From: an uncultured Desulfospira sp.
GTDB lineage: Bacteria > Desulfobacterota > Desulfobacteria > Desulfobacterales > Desulfobacteraceae
Assembly (NCBI GenBank): GCA_963663165.1
Contig: OY760175.1
Location: 5,856,001-5,920,000 of the forward strand
DNA length: 64,000 nucleotides
Reading direction: 5' to 3'
In this document: positions 29,631-39,297 of the stretch, one piece after another
Layout: the number at the start of each line of letters is the position of its first letter
How positions within the stretch are numbered: the first letter of the stretch is position 1
Notes under the pieces: model-generated
What the model saw: only the letters and a program-made list of their open reading frames with translations
The model's database searches: none
Told to the model about the DNA's origin: nothing
Translations under genes and position numbers: made by a program

Positions 29631-32028
29631 ATTTCGCTTTTTCCCTGCTGATCACAAGGATGATAAGATAAATTAATTTTTTTAGATCCTTGATCTTAAG
29701 ATGGTTGTCCTCAAATCCCTGCCGGGCCGCCTTAAAAAAATCCGGCAGATCCTGGTTGTCCAGAATGCTTTCAAGGGCCTGTCCGTATTTAGGATCCCGG
29801 TAGGAGGCCCACAGGTCCATTTTCCAGGACCCCTTTTCAAGCAGGTCAAACCCCTGGGCAATATGGGTTTTTCTTAAGTTTTCCCGGTAGTGCTGTTCGG
29901 CCTGTTTATTAAATTCCCGGCCATTGACCGTCATGGGGTTTTTGGCCCCGGGGTCCTGTTTCATTATCCCGGCGGCCAGTTTTCCCCAGGCGGCATACCG
30001 TTGGGGGTGGGTAATCCGTTTTTCCAGGTCTATAAGGACCCTTTCCATTTTAAGGGCCTCCACCAGGCCGGCCCCGTCGGTCTTTAACAGGTGAATCAAT
30101 GCCTTTTGGTAGGCCTTGACGCTGATTTTTGTGTAGCCCGGATACCGGTGGCTTTTTTTGGTTTTCTCGACAGCCTTGAGAATCTTGACCAGAAAGGCAT
30201 TCTTTGTTCCGGTGTTAACGTAAAACACCGGGATATTGATGGCCGTACAATAAAAAATCTGGCGGCGTTCGCTTTCCACTTCCGGGTCATCCGGAATCAT
30301 GGGGTGGCTGATTTTTCCGGACAGGATATACTGATAGGCAAGGCAGGTGATCAGCCGCTGCAAATCAGCCGCATTGCCCATGTCCTGGCAGACATTTTCA
30401 AAAATGGAAAAATACCGGTGTTCAAACCCGGAATATCCCATCTGAGCATGTTTCCTTAGGCGGATCAGCTGATACAGGGCCATTCTTTCATCAAAGATCC
30501 CCATCTCGGTTAAGTCTTTTTTAAGCTGCTGTTCGCTTTGGACCCTTCCGTCCAGGGCCGGGCTTTCAAAGGTACTCATGATGGAGGCAAAATAGTCGAT
30601 GAGCCGGTAATCCGGTATAAAATCCCCTTTCAGGTTCAGCACCCGGGAGATCATTTTATCCATTATAACGGGGCCGAAGGGGGTTAAGGGGCGGCCGATC
30701 ACCTTGATGGCGGCCTTGGCCTTCCATTTTCGCCAGATCATGCGAAGATGGGTATAGTCCAGTTCATGGGGCAAAAATCCCAGGACCTGTTCAGGGTGGA
30801 AATCCTTGAATTCCAGGCGAAAGGGAGAGGCGCTGTAGATGCCGGGAAACAGGGGCAGAAAATGCTCGCTGATTTTGATGACCAGATCCCCCACCATTTT
30901 TTCAAAGGGTTCTCCCAGGCCGTAAGCCCGGTCCGCCATGAGTCTGGACAGCTTCAGGCTGCCCAGGCTGATGTGGGTCCCGTTGTTGGCCAGGCTGATG
31001 TTGGAGGTGTCCGGCAGCACCACCAGGTTGGAGGTGATGATTCCGGCCTCCTTGAGCTTGGCCATACCGTTGAGCCGGCTTCGGGACAACACCTTGTGGC
31101 AGATGTTCATGTAATCTTTTTTGGCTTCGCCCCGGTCCCACCCCGAAAGGCAGGGGCTCATGAACAGTTCCCGGTAAAATGAGTCTGAAATGCAGCTGTT
31201 CAGTTCTCTCTGCCGCAAGGGCGGAACAGAGGAAAAGAACACCTTTACCTGCTGGCCGGTTTCGGTCAGGTGAAATTTTTCCTGGGCATAGGCCACCAGG
31301 ACCTGGATGAGCAAAAACCGCAGCAGGGTTTCACCGGCCAGTTTCTGGCCAAGGCCGGAACCGGCCTTCTCAGACTTGACCGGATGAAAAGAAAACAGCT
31401 CAGGCGAGGTGTTGTCATTGGAAAAGTGGGCCAGCATCTGTTTGCCGCACTGTTCTATGGGGGCGGATAATTCAGGCTCATCTCCCAAGGCATCGGCCAG
31501 GGAAAGCTTTAACAGATAACTGACCGGAATCCGGATAACGGTCTGTCCATTGGCGTTGAACACAAACTCATCCACGTCTTTGCGGTATCCCGAAGAAGGA
31601 TCGGATTTATCGGCCTTTAAATCGGAATTAAACACTGTGTTGGCAAAGGAATTCAAGGTTTGCCGGGGCAGCCTGACCCAGGAGTTTTCCCAGACATCGG
31701 TCCGGGTGTCGGAAAGGTATTTTTCCAGGGCCGCGATGGGCTTATCGCTGGTATCTCCGGCCCTGGCCCGTCTCACGATGTTTTTATAGTAGTTGGAAGA
31801 TTCAATGACCAGGGGCAAGTCCAGGTTTTCCCGTCTGCCCTCAACCACGGCCTGAAATTCATTTTCCGCCCCGGCCGTGGCATCCCCGGAACAAAAGGGA
31901 AGGGCGCGGATAAACGCATCTGCCCGGGTGGTATCGATTCCTAAAACCCGGGCAAGGGACATCCCGCCGGCATCGTCCGCATTTGCCTGGTTCTCAGGCA
32001 TATTTAAGCTGTGTTGGTATAGGGCCAT
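29611..32028 (-). CDS. Uncharacterised 805-aa protein with glutamine synthetase/glutamate-cysteine ligase-type motifs
   Basis: TAGAENEFQ (GxExE), TSPE, NNGTHISLGS (NxGxH) and FEHR (ExR) in the expected order; overlaps psd by 20 bp. Confidence 0.7.
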   Translation of the reverse strand: MALYQHSLNMPENQANADDAGGMSLARVLGIDTTRADAFIRALPFCSGDATAGAENEFQAVVEGRRENLDLPLVIESSNYYKNIVRRARAGDTSDKPIAALEKYLSDTRTDVWENSWVRLPRQTLNSFANTVFNSDLKADKSDPSSGYRKDVDEFVFNANGQTVIRIPVSYLLKLSLADALGDEPELSAPIEQCGKQMLAHFSNDNTSPELFSFHPVKSEKAGSGLGQKLAGETLLRFLLIQVLVAYAQEKFHLTETGQQVKVFFSSVPPLRQRELNSCISDSFYRELFMSPCLSGWDRGEAKKDYMNICHKVLSRSRLNGMAKLKEAGIITSNLVVLPDTSNISLANNGTHISLGSLKLSRLMADRAYGLGEPFEKMVGDLVIKISEHFLPLFPGIYSASPFRLEFKDFHPEQVLGFLPHELDYTHLRMIWRKWKAKAAIKVIGRPLTPFGPVIMDKMISRVLNLKGDFIPDYRLIDYFASIMSTFESPALDGRVQSEQQLKKDLTEMGIFDERMALYQLIRLRKHAQMGYSGFEHRYFSIFENVCQDMGNAADLQRLITCLAYQYILSGKISHPMIPDDPEVESERRQIFYCTAINIPVFYVNTGTKNAFLVKILKAVEKTKKSHRYPGYTKISVKAYQKALIHLLKTDGAGLVEALKMERVLIDLEKRITHPQRYAAWGKLAAGIMKQDPGAKNPMTVNGREFNKQAEQHYRENLRKTHIAQGFDLLEKGSWKMDLWASYRDPKYGQALESILDNQDLPDFFKAARQGFEDNHLKIKDLKKLIYLIILVISREKAKYDASVC

Positions 32029-32062
32029 GGCCTGTCAGTTATCCTCATTATAGATCCGGATA

Positions 32063-32128
32063 ACTATACCAGGCCAATGTTTTAATCGTGTTACAATGGG
32101 GCTAAGGCAATGTTACGGGCGTGCTAAA
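32063..32128 (-). promoter_or_regulatory. Pho-box-like array (five half-sites, 11-bp period) plus -10 element
   Basis: Minus strand TTTAGCAC/CCGTAACAT/CTTAGCCC/TTGTAAC-ACGA-TTAAAAC, then 10 bp, then TATAGT; plus-strand half-sites start at 32078, 32089, 32100, 32111 and 32122. Confidence 0.7.
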
Positions 32129-32196
32129 ATTGTATGAGAAAGAACGGAGATTGAGTTGATCTGGCTGCTGCAGACCGCATTCCCTTCATCTTTGAC

Positions 32197-32233
32197 AAAA
32201 AAAATCCCTCCGGATCTTGATCCGGAGGGATTT
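32197..32233 (-). terminator. Intrinsic terminator of the 32259-34277 gene
   Basis: AAATCCCTCCGGATC-TT-GATCCGGAGGGATTT hairpin followed by a U-run on the minus strand. Confidence 0.8.
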
Positions 32234-32258
32234 GGGTGAAATGGTGTGCAGCAGCCTA

Positions 32259-34277
32259 TTATTTTTTTCTGGATCTTCTTGTCAGCATTGCCAGCCCAAA
32301 AAGGCCTGCCGTGAGAAGTTCCAGGGTTCCGGGGACGGGAACCGCACTGGTTCCGGTGACCGCATAGATCCCTTCTTCAAATACAGTAAAGCTGGCGTAA
32401 GTGCCGTCAAAGGCAAGGTCATAGGCATCGTATGAAATCCAGGTGCCGTTGCCGCCTTCTTCAGAGTAAAACCAGACCATCAGATCCAGGATGTCCCCTG
32501 CATCCGCAGCCCATAAAGAAAGATAGAGCGGGTTGTCTTCGCTTTCCATGTACACTGATGTGGAAAAATCCCAGACCGAAAAAATCACCCCATCCTCACT
32601 GATCTCCCCTTCAAGCGCATCATAAACACCACCTGCCGTGATGTCGGTCATGGTCAGGGAGATTGCAGTGGATGTCTCAGCCGCCAGAAAGCCTGCCCCC
32701 GCAGATTTGCCGTTAATATCATCGGTGATAATGGCCCTCTGGTTATCCAGCAGGTCAAGCGTTGCTGTGGCTGAGTTGTCTCCATGGGCAGTTACAGCTT
32801 CGTAAACGGTAATGCTGGCGTTTCCAGCTGTTGACTCTCCACCTGTTACACTCAGCACCCCGCCCAGGGCCTGGATCGTGCCGTTGTTGGTTATCGAATC
32901 GTAAGACAGAAGGGAATAAGTTGTGGAAGTGGTCGTGCTTCCATCCCCGGCCGATACCCCGGCACCCGCCACTAAGTTGATGGTACCGTTGTTTGTAATC
33001 GCTTCATCAGCAGAAAGGCTGCTGTTGGCATCCACGGTCAGGGTTGAACTAACGGAGATAAAGACGCCATTATCACCTGAACTGACTTCTGAACCCGCAC
33101 TAACCGTGCCGCCATCCGTTACGGACAGTCTGCCTGTACCGCCCGTATTTTCGATGCCCAAGGCAATGGTCCCGCTGCTGCTCATTGAAGAGCCTTCCCC
33201 GTTAACGTTCACTGTTCCGGTGGCGCCGGATTTTTTTCCAATATACGTGTATCCGTTTGTTGCAGTACCGCCGCCGCCGACAAATAAGGTGCCATCCCCT
33301 TCAGATCCTACCGTGATGCTGTGATCATTTTCCCAGGTGCCGCCGTCAACAATGACGGTTCCGTCGGAACCGGACTGGTTTCCGATGGTTGTCTGGTAAC
33401 TTTCCAGAGAGCCGTTATTGATTACGTTCAGTGTGCCGGTGCCGCCCTCGCCGACATAAAGGTGGTAGCTGTCCCAGGAGGAGTCGGTTCCGTCAATGGT
33501 TGCCGTACCGTTGGAACCATTGGTGTATCCGATATATGCATTCGATCCTGTGGTATTGGTGGTTACGGTGCCGCCGCCGCTGACGGTCAGTGAGCCTGAA
33601 CCGCCCAGCCCCACATAGAGGTTATTGCCGCCGGTGCTGTTTTCAATGGTTAATGAGGAACCGCTTCCGGATACGGTTACGGCACTGGTGGACAAGGCAT
33701 TATCAGCAATCGTCATGTCGGTATCCGTCGTTACCGTGCCGTTGTTGGTGATATTCAGAATCCCGTTTCCAATATTTCCTACAAGGATTGCCGAATTATC
33801 AACCGCCAGTGTGCTGTTGTTAACATTTACCGTTCCACTGGAACCGCCCTGGTCGGCAATTGTGATGCCGTATTTTTTTCCGGGATTGACGGTCCCGCCG
33901 TTGGTAATATTCAGTATGCCGGTTCCATAATAGCCCACAAAGAGATCCTGGGTGACATTAAATGTGGCACCGGCGCCATCAACTGTAACTGTTCCGCTGG
34001 AACCGGCATAGGTGCCGATATATCCGGGGCCGACGGTTACTGAACTCCCGGCATCAATCATAAGTGCCCCTGCGCTGTCTTCTCCAATGTCGACTTCCAT
34101 AGCGCTTGTCCAGTTAACAGGATCATTCATACCGGTTTGATCTGTGATTTCGGTAAATCCTATCCAAACAGAAAAATCCCCTGAGACGGTTGGCGCTGCA
34201 TAAGCGGCTGGCGCCGTAAAAATCCCTGCTGCCAGCAGTGTGCATAGCAGGCAGGTCCCCAATAAAATTTTTTTCAT
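32259..34277 (-). CDS. Secreted repeat protein (T5SS/PEP-CTERM-associated repeat type) with VPVP-CTERM sorting signal
   Basis: Signal peptide ending AYA; repeats of the form YVGxxGxGxLxIxNGGxV / IGxxxGSxGTVxVDG; C-terminus AVPVPGTLELLTAGLFGLAMLTRRSRKK. Confidence 0.88.
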   Translation of the reverse strand: MKKILLGTCLLCTLLAAGIFTAPAAYAAPTVSGDFSVWIGFTEITDQTGMNDPVNWTSAMEVDIGEDSAGALMIDAGSSVTVGPGYIGTYAGSSGTVTVDGAGATFNVTQDLFVGYYGTGILNITNGGTVNPGKKYGITIADQGGSSGTVNVNNSTLAVDNSAILVGNIGNGILNITNNGTVTTDTDMTIADNALSTSAVTVSGSGSSLTIENSTGGNNLYVGLGGSGSLTVSGGGTVTTNTTGSNAYIGYTNGSNGTATIDGTDSSWDSYHLYVGEGGTGTLNVINNGSLESYQTTIGNQSGSDGTVIVDGGTWENDHSITVGSEGDGTLFVGGGGTATNGYTYIGKKSGATGTVNVNGEGSSMSSSGTIALGIENTGGTGRLSVTDGGTVSAGSEVSSGDNGVFISVSSTLTVDANSSLSADEAITNNGTINLVAGAGVSAGDGSTTTSTTYSLLSYDSITNNGTIQALGGVLSVTGGESTAGNASITVYEAVTAHGDNSATATLDLLDNQRAIITDDINGKSAGAGFLAAETSTAISLTMTDITAGGVYDALEGEISEDGVIFSVWDFSTSVYMESEDNPLYLSLWAADAGDILDLMVWFYSEEGGNGTWISYDAYDLAFDGTYASFTVFEEGIYAVTGTSAVPVPGTLELLTAGLFGLAMLTRRSRKK

Positions 34278-34624
34278 TTTAACTCCTTGCTAAAGGGTAG
34301 CGTTTGTACCCGGGGATTTTAACCCGTGCGTGTTGCTGTTGATGTGGTTTTCATTCCGGCAGGAAAAATCCAGGCCGTGGCCGGTTTATGAAGCATCAAA
34401 TTTTGTAGCAGCACATTGTCCGTCAGGTAAAATTTGTAGTCTGACAGCATGGTTATAAATTAATTCCCCAACAAAAATGATACTTTTTTAATCTGGTTAA
34501 AATTTCTATTCCCGGCGCCTTCTGCCGGGGGTGCACCATGTTCAGCTGGTTAAAAATCAAGTGTCTCAGCTTCTGTCATGCAGGCGTAAAATCCATCTGG
34601 TCATGGCCCGTTGCCAAAATATTC

Positions 34625-34640
34625 TGCAAATTGCATGCCG
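34625..34640 (-). promoter_or_regulatory. sigma54 -24/-12 promoter
   Basis: Minus strand CGGCAT-GCAAT-TTGCA (GG-N10-GC), oriented toward the 34277 gene. Confidence 0.65.
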
Positions 34641-34839
34641 CTATCATGCCATTGCCCGGAATGATCAAATTTACCAGCCAAAATCAAAAAAATCCAGCGG
34701 AAGTTAAGCACAATTCCATAATATTTATGTAAAAAAACCCATAAAATTTCAGCAATTATACGAAAGCTTAAAAAAAGGATCAAGAATTTTATTTCAGGGA
34801 CTGGGAGGATGGGGTGAGAACGCAACGGGGCCGGGTGAT

Positions 34840-34900
34840 TGTTACTTTTTTTTCAGAAAAACGAACCTTTTTTACATAGTGGTGTGTACTTTTTTTCCCA
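34840..34900 (-). promoter_or_regulatory. Cluster of the shared 18-bp box upstream of the 34277 CTERM gene
   Basis: Minus strand TGGGAAAAAAAGTACACA (34883-34900), a degenerate middle copy and TCTGAAAAAAAAGTAACA (34840-34857); about 200-260 bp upstream of the sigma54 site. Confidence 0.6.
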
Positions 34901-37838
34901 AATCAGACTGAAGGCTGCCAACCGTCAACAATTGGTGAACCGAATCCGCCAGGTCCTTGATGCTCAGGGGTTTGGCAAGTTTCATGTATAGTCCTGATTC
35001 CAAAGACAAGTCCATTTCCCTGTCACTGAACCCGGTGCAGACCAGGATGGGGATATCGCTGCGGATTTGGCGCATTTTTTTAAACAAGGCCTCCCCGGAC
35101 ATTTTGGGCATGGTCAGGTCGGTGACCACCAGATCAATGTCCTGAGGGCGGTTTTTAAAAAACTCCAGGGCTTCAGGGCTGCCGGTTGTTGCGGTGACCC
35201 GGTAGCCGAGCTTTTCAAGCATGAGTTTTTCTATGGCGGCAATGTCGGGTTCATCATCAACCACAAGGATATGGCCGCTGCCTTTGGGCAATGTATCTTC
35301 GGACAGGGACCCGGGGGGCTGGTCCAATGCGTTTTCCAAGGATTCGTCCATGGGATCGGCCAGCGGGAAATAAACCTTAAAGCAGGTTCCTTCCTGTTTT
35401 TTGCTTGCAACGGTAATGCCCCCGCCCATGCGGGTGACAATCCCGTGGACCACGGCAAGGCCCATGCCGGTTCCCTTGCCCTGCTCTTTGGTGGTGAAAT
35501 ACGGGTCAAAGATTTTTTCTAAAATCCCCTCGTCCATGCCGGTTCCGGTGTCGGATACCCTCAGGCAGTTGTACGTCCCGGCCGGAATGGCGGCAAGCAT
35601 TGGATCGTTTCCCTCAACGGTCTCAGTGGCAAGGGATATGGTCATCTGTCCGCCCGTTTCTTCCATGGAATGGTAGGCATTGGTGGCCAGGTTCATGATG
35701 ATCTGATGAATCTGGACCGGGTCGGCCTTGACTTTAGGGCTGTGTGACGGAATCCGGGTTTTCATTTCAATGGTGGCGGGAATGGAGGCCCTGAGCAGCT
35801 TTAAAGCCTCTTTGATCACCGGCTGGATTTCCATAAGCCTTATTTCACCTTTTTCCTGGCGGGAAAAGGTCAGGATCTGCCGGACCAGTTCTTTGGCCCT
35901 CATGGCACCGGAATAGATTTTATCCAGGCTTTTTCTTAACGGGCTGTCCCGGGGAATATCCTGGAAAAGCATTTCCGTGTACCCCATGATGGGGAACAGA
36001 ATATTGTTGAAATCATGGGCAATCCCTCCGGCCAGGGTGCCGATGGACTCCATTTTTTGGGCCTGCATCAACTGGCTTTCAAGCCGTTTGAGTTCGGTAA
36101 CATCTCGGTAAATGGACAGTTTGAACACGGTGCCGTCGGGCTGGGCAATGGGGGAAGATGAGACATGAAAGGACCGGTTGTCAATGGGGCTGACAATGTC
36201 CATGATGTGGCGGGAAAAGCCCCCATCCTCATCCTTCCAGCGGCACCAGGGGCAGAAATCGTTAAGCCCGTGAATGGCCGTAAAACAGTGCTGCCCGGTA
36301 CCGTCCGTTCCGGTCCGCTGGATCATGGCCGGGTTCATATAGGCCACTTTAAAATCCGGCGAACAGATGTAAACCGGGTCCGGCATGGTCTCCATCATGG
36401 ACCGGTACTTTGTCTCACTGTCCCTTAACGCTTTTTCAGCGGCCTTTCTACCGGAAATATCCCGGGCAAACACGGTATAAAGTTTTTTTTCGGGGATACT
36501 GATCCGGCCTTCCAACCGGTCGTACATGTCGGTGTACATGACTGCAATGGTCAGTTCAGCCGGATATGGGGCCTTGTTTTTTTTCAGGTAATTCCGGTGG
36601 ATGGTAACGCTTTTTTGCCTGGCAAGCCGGTCCATGATCTGGCCGATGGGATTGTCTTTTACAAAATCTTCATCGATTTGGGCCACCGTCATCTTGAGCA
36701 TCTCCGGGCGCTGGTAGCCCAGGCTTTGGCAGGCCTTTTCATTGGCATCGATGACCCGGCCGTCTGCCCCGAATATAAACACCGCATCTCCGGCTTGATT
36801 GAAAAAATTCAAGTATCGCTCCCGGCTTCTGGCAAGGTTCCGGGCAAGCGCTTTCATGGCCAGGGACAGGTCTCCGATTTCATCCGTTGAGGGCGGGGGA
36901 AAATCATATTCAAAATCATCGGTTTCAATGGCCTGGATGGCGGCTTTCTGGGATGTCAGAAAACGCCTGAAATAGGCTGAGGTTAAAAACCACAGGCCAA
37001 GATTGAAACAGACCGCGAGAATGCTGCCAGACAAAAAGACTATAGAACTGCGGGCCTGGCGAGCCTTGTCCTTTTTTTGAATGGTCCGGATTCCCTCATT
37101 GGCCAGTTCAAAAAAACGCCCGGAGCTGTTTTTGACTAGTTCTTCCCGATTTTTAATGGCAAAGCTTAATAGAAGATCATCTTCTATGCTTTGGACCAGG
37201 GCCTGCAGCAGCTGGTTAACGAAGGGGTCTTTGGTTATGGAGTGGATTTCTTCCTGAATTTCTTTTAACTGGGCGTACTGCACAAGGTCCAGGGGATGGG
37301 AGGCCTCTATACGGCTCATCCACAGGGTTTTGGCGGTCCGGTAAAATTCGCCGGCGTTAACACCCGGAAGGGTTTGAAGGTGCTGTTCAACGGCCGTAAA
37401 ATACTGGCGGCTTAAAGATATCAGCTGTTTGTGCCGGGTATATTGGTCAAGCAAATCAAGAAGGTCCTGGTGGAAGCTTTGAATGGCCTGGGGCAGGGCG
37501 GCAAAGCGGCCGGCGGTTTCAGGGGCGCCGGCAAAGCCGAAATCGGCAATGGTGTTGATCTGCTTCTCCACCACTTCGATTTCTGTGAGGATGTCCTGCT
37601 TTATGGACAGTTTATATTCAACCGGGACCCTTGCGGTCATGGCGTCCAGACGTTCCAGGTGGAGAATAAAATCCTTAAGTTCCATGACACGGGCATAGTT
37701 GGTCCGGCCTGTTTTTAAGCTGTAAAAAGCGGTAACGCCTAAGGCCAGGGTCATCAGGGTCAGGGAGGAAAATAGCAGAAAAACTTTGAGTGAAAGGGAG
37801 AATCTCATGGCTGTATATTTTTGCCGGTATTTTGACAA
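34872..37838 (-). CDS. Hybrid sensor histidine kinase (TM-HAMP-PAS-PAS-HisKA-HATPase-REC)
   Basis: GTLAGGIAHDFNNIL, NLATNA, DPYFTTKEQGKGTGMGL, C-terminal VVDDE...TDLTMP; start may be ATG 37808. Confidence 0.92.
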   Translation of the reverse strand: MSKYRQKYTAMRFSLSLKVFLLFSSLTLMTLALGVTAFYSLKTGRTNYARVMELKDFILHLERLDAMTARVPVEYKLSIKQDILTEIEVVEKQINTIADFGFAGAPETAGRFAALPQAIQSFHQDLLDLLDQYTRHKQLISLSRQYFTAVEQHLQTLPGVNAGEFYRTAKTLWMSRIEASHPLDLVQYAQLKEIQEEIHSITKDPFVNQLLQALVQSIEDDLLLSFAIKNREELVKNSSGRFFELANEGIRTIQKKDKARQARSSIVFLSGSILAVCFNLGLWFLTSAYFRRFLTSQKAAIQAIETDDFEYDFPPPSTDEIGDLSLAMKALARNLARSRERYLNFFNQAGDAVFIFGADGRVIDANEKACQSLGYQRPEMLKMTVAQIDEDFVKDNPIGQIMDRLARQKSVTIHRNYLKKNKAPYPAELTIAVMYTDMYDRLEGRISIPEKKLYTVFARDISGRKAAEKALRDSETKYRSMMETMPDPVYICSPDFKVAYMNPAMIQRTGTDGTGQHCFTAIHGLNDFCPWCRWKDEDGGFSRHIMDIVSPIDNRSFHVSSSPIAQPDGTVFKLSIYRDVTELKRLESQLMQAQKMESIGTLAGGIAHDFNNILFPIMGYTEMLFQDIPRDSPLRKSLDKIYSGAMRAKELVRQILTFSRQEKGEIRLMEIQPVIKEALKLLRASIPATIEMKTRIPSHSPKVKADPVQIHQIIMNLATNAYHSMEETGGQMTISLATETVEGNDPMLAAIPAGTYNCLRVSDTGTGMDEGILEKIFDPYFTTKEQGKGTGMGLAVVHGIVTRMGGGITVASKKQEGTCFKVYFPLADPMDESLENALDQPPGSLSEDTLPKGSGHILVVDDEPDIAAIEKLMLEKLGYRVTATTGSPEALEFFKNRPQDIDLVVTDLTMPKMSGEALFKKMRQIRSDIPILVCTGFSDREMDLSLESGLYMKLAKPLSIKDLADSVHQLLTVGSLQSDLGKKVHTTM

Positions 37839-37994
37839 GGCATATAAATCAGGGGCTCAAAGGTGTCGGTTTTATTTTAAATGGTGAGGGGGGATATAAG
37901 CTATTTCAAGACTTTTTTCAATACAGGAGGAGGTGTTTCTGTGATAAAAAAAGTAATTTTTTTCATAATATCGGGGTTAATTGTATGGGGGCGC

Positions 37995-39284
37995 TCAGGG
38001 CGTATACAGCCCCGCCCAGATGGGAAGGTACAGGGACAGCACCGGCAAAAGGGACAAGATCACCAGCACCACCAGGTCCATGAGGACAAAGGGGATGGCC
38101 TCCTTGGCAATATCATCCACCTGGCAGCCGGCCAGGTTGGCGGCCGTGAACAGGTTGACCCCCACCGGGGGCGTAGCCTGGCCAATGGCAAGGGCGGAAA
38201 TGAAGATGACCCCATAATAGACCGGGTCTATGTTAAAGCTGGCCAGCACCGGGATCAGGATAGGCATGAGCAGATAGCAGATGGAAATGGCGTCCAGAAA
38301 CATGCCAAGGCCGAACAGCAGCAGGTTGACCAGTAAAATCATCACAAAGGCATTGGGGGAGATCTTGATGATCATGTCGGCCATGGCGTCAATCACCCCG
38401 GTAACGGAAGCGGCCCAGGTAAAGATGCCGGCAAAGACAACGATAAACATGATCACCGAGCTGGTGACGGCGGCATCCACCAGAATGTCAATCATGTCCC
38501 TGAGGCTGATGGACCGGTAAACCAGCACGGCCACAGAAAGGGAGTAAAACACGGCCACCACAGCGGCTTCCGTGGGGGTGAAAATGCCGGTGTAAATGCC
38601 CCCCAGCACAACCACCGGCGCCATCACCGCCCAGATGGACTCTTTGAAGGCCCGGGCCAGCTCCATGAGACTGCCCCGCTGGCTCATGCCCCGGTATCCC
38701 CTGCGCCGGGATATGAACCATGCCACAAGGATGGTGCCAAGCCCGGTAAGGATGCCGGGAATGATGCCGGCCACAAATAAGGCCCCCACCGAGACCGAGG
38801 TGATGTTGCCGTAGATGATAAAGGCAATGGACGGCGGAATGATGATGGACAGGTCTGAGGCATTGGCAATGGTGGCCCCGGCAAAAGACCGGTCATACCC
38901 GTTTTTCAGCATGGGGGTTAACAAAATCATGCCCACGGCCGCGGTGGTGGCAGGGCCGGATCCGGACAAGGCCCCCCAGAACATGCAGGTCAGCACGGCC
39001 ACAATGGAAAGCCCGCCGGTCATCCGGCCCACCAGAAGCTCGAAAAACTGGGCAATGGTGGCGGCAAGTCCCGCCCGCTGGAGAATGACCCCGGCCAGCA
39101 CAAAAAAGGGGATGGCCAGCAAGGGAAACGAGGCAATGCCCGAGGAAAAATTCACTCCCAGCATTTGGGCGCCTAGATCAAAATATAAAATGGTGGCCAC
39201 GGCCGACACCCCAAGGGAGGTGCCGATGGGGGCGCCAATGAACATGAGGATGAAAAACAGGGCCACAATCAGGATAAATTCCAT
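37995..39284 (-). CDS. dctM: TRAP transporter large permease
   Basis: LLAIPFFVLAG, ALSGSGPA, IIPPS, GIFTPTEA, TPPVG; start MEFIL at 39284. Confidence 0.93.
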   Translation of the reverse strand: MEFILIVALFFILMFIGAPIGTSLGVSAVATILYFDLGAQMLGVNFSSGIASFPLLAIPFFVLAGVILQRAGLAATIAQFFELLVGRMTGGLSIVAVLTCMFWGALSGSGPATTAAVGMILLTPMLKNGYDRSFAGATIANASDLSIIIPPSIAFIIYGNITSVSVGALFVAGIIPGILTGLGTILVAWFISRRRGYRGMSQRGSLMELARAFKESIWAVMAPVVVLGGIYTGIFTPTEAAVVAVFYSLSVAVLVYRSISLRDMIDILVDAAVTSSVIMFIVVFAGIFTWAASVTGVIDAMADMIIKISPNAFVMILLVNLLLFGLGMFLDAISICYLLMPILIPVLASFNIDPVYYGVIFISALAIGQATPPVGVNLFTAANLAGCQVDDIAKEAIPFVLMDLVVLVILSLLPVLSLYLPIWAGLYTP

Positions 39285-39297
39285 GATTCCCCCTTTT

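Noticed and set aside
34278..34620. c-di-GMP/cGAMP (GEMM) or other riboswitch in the long leader of the CTERM gene
   Set aside because: Could not find the GGCAAA...GAAA...GACGCAAA pattern by eye; an Infernal/Rfam scan is needed to exclude it fully
37940..37958. TGTGATAAAAAAAGTAAT as another copy of the CTERM box (also TGTGTTAAAAAACATAAT near 396)
   Set aside because: Single copies with altered spacing or mismatches, not clustered; insufficient support
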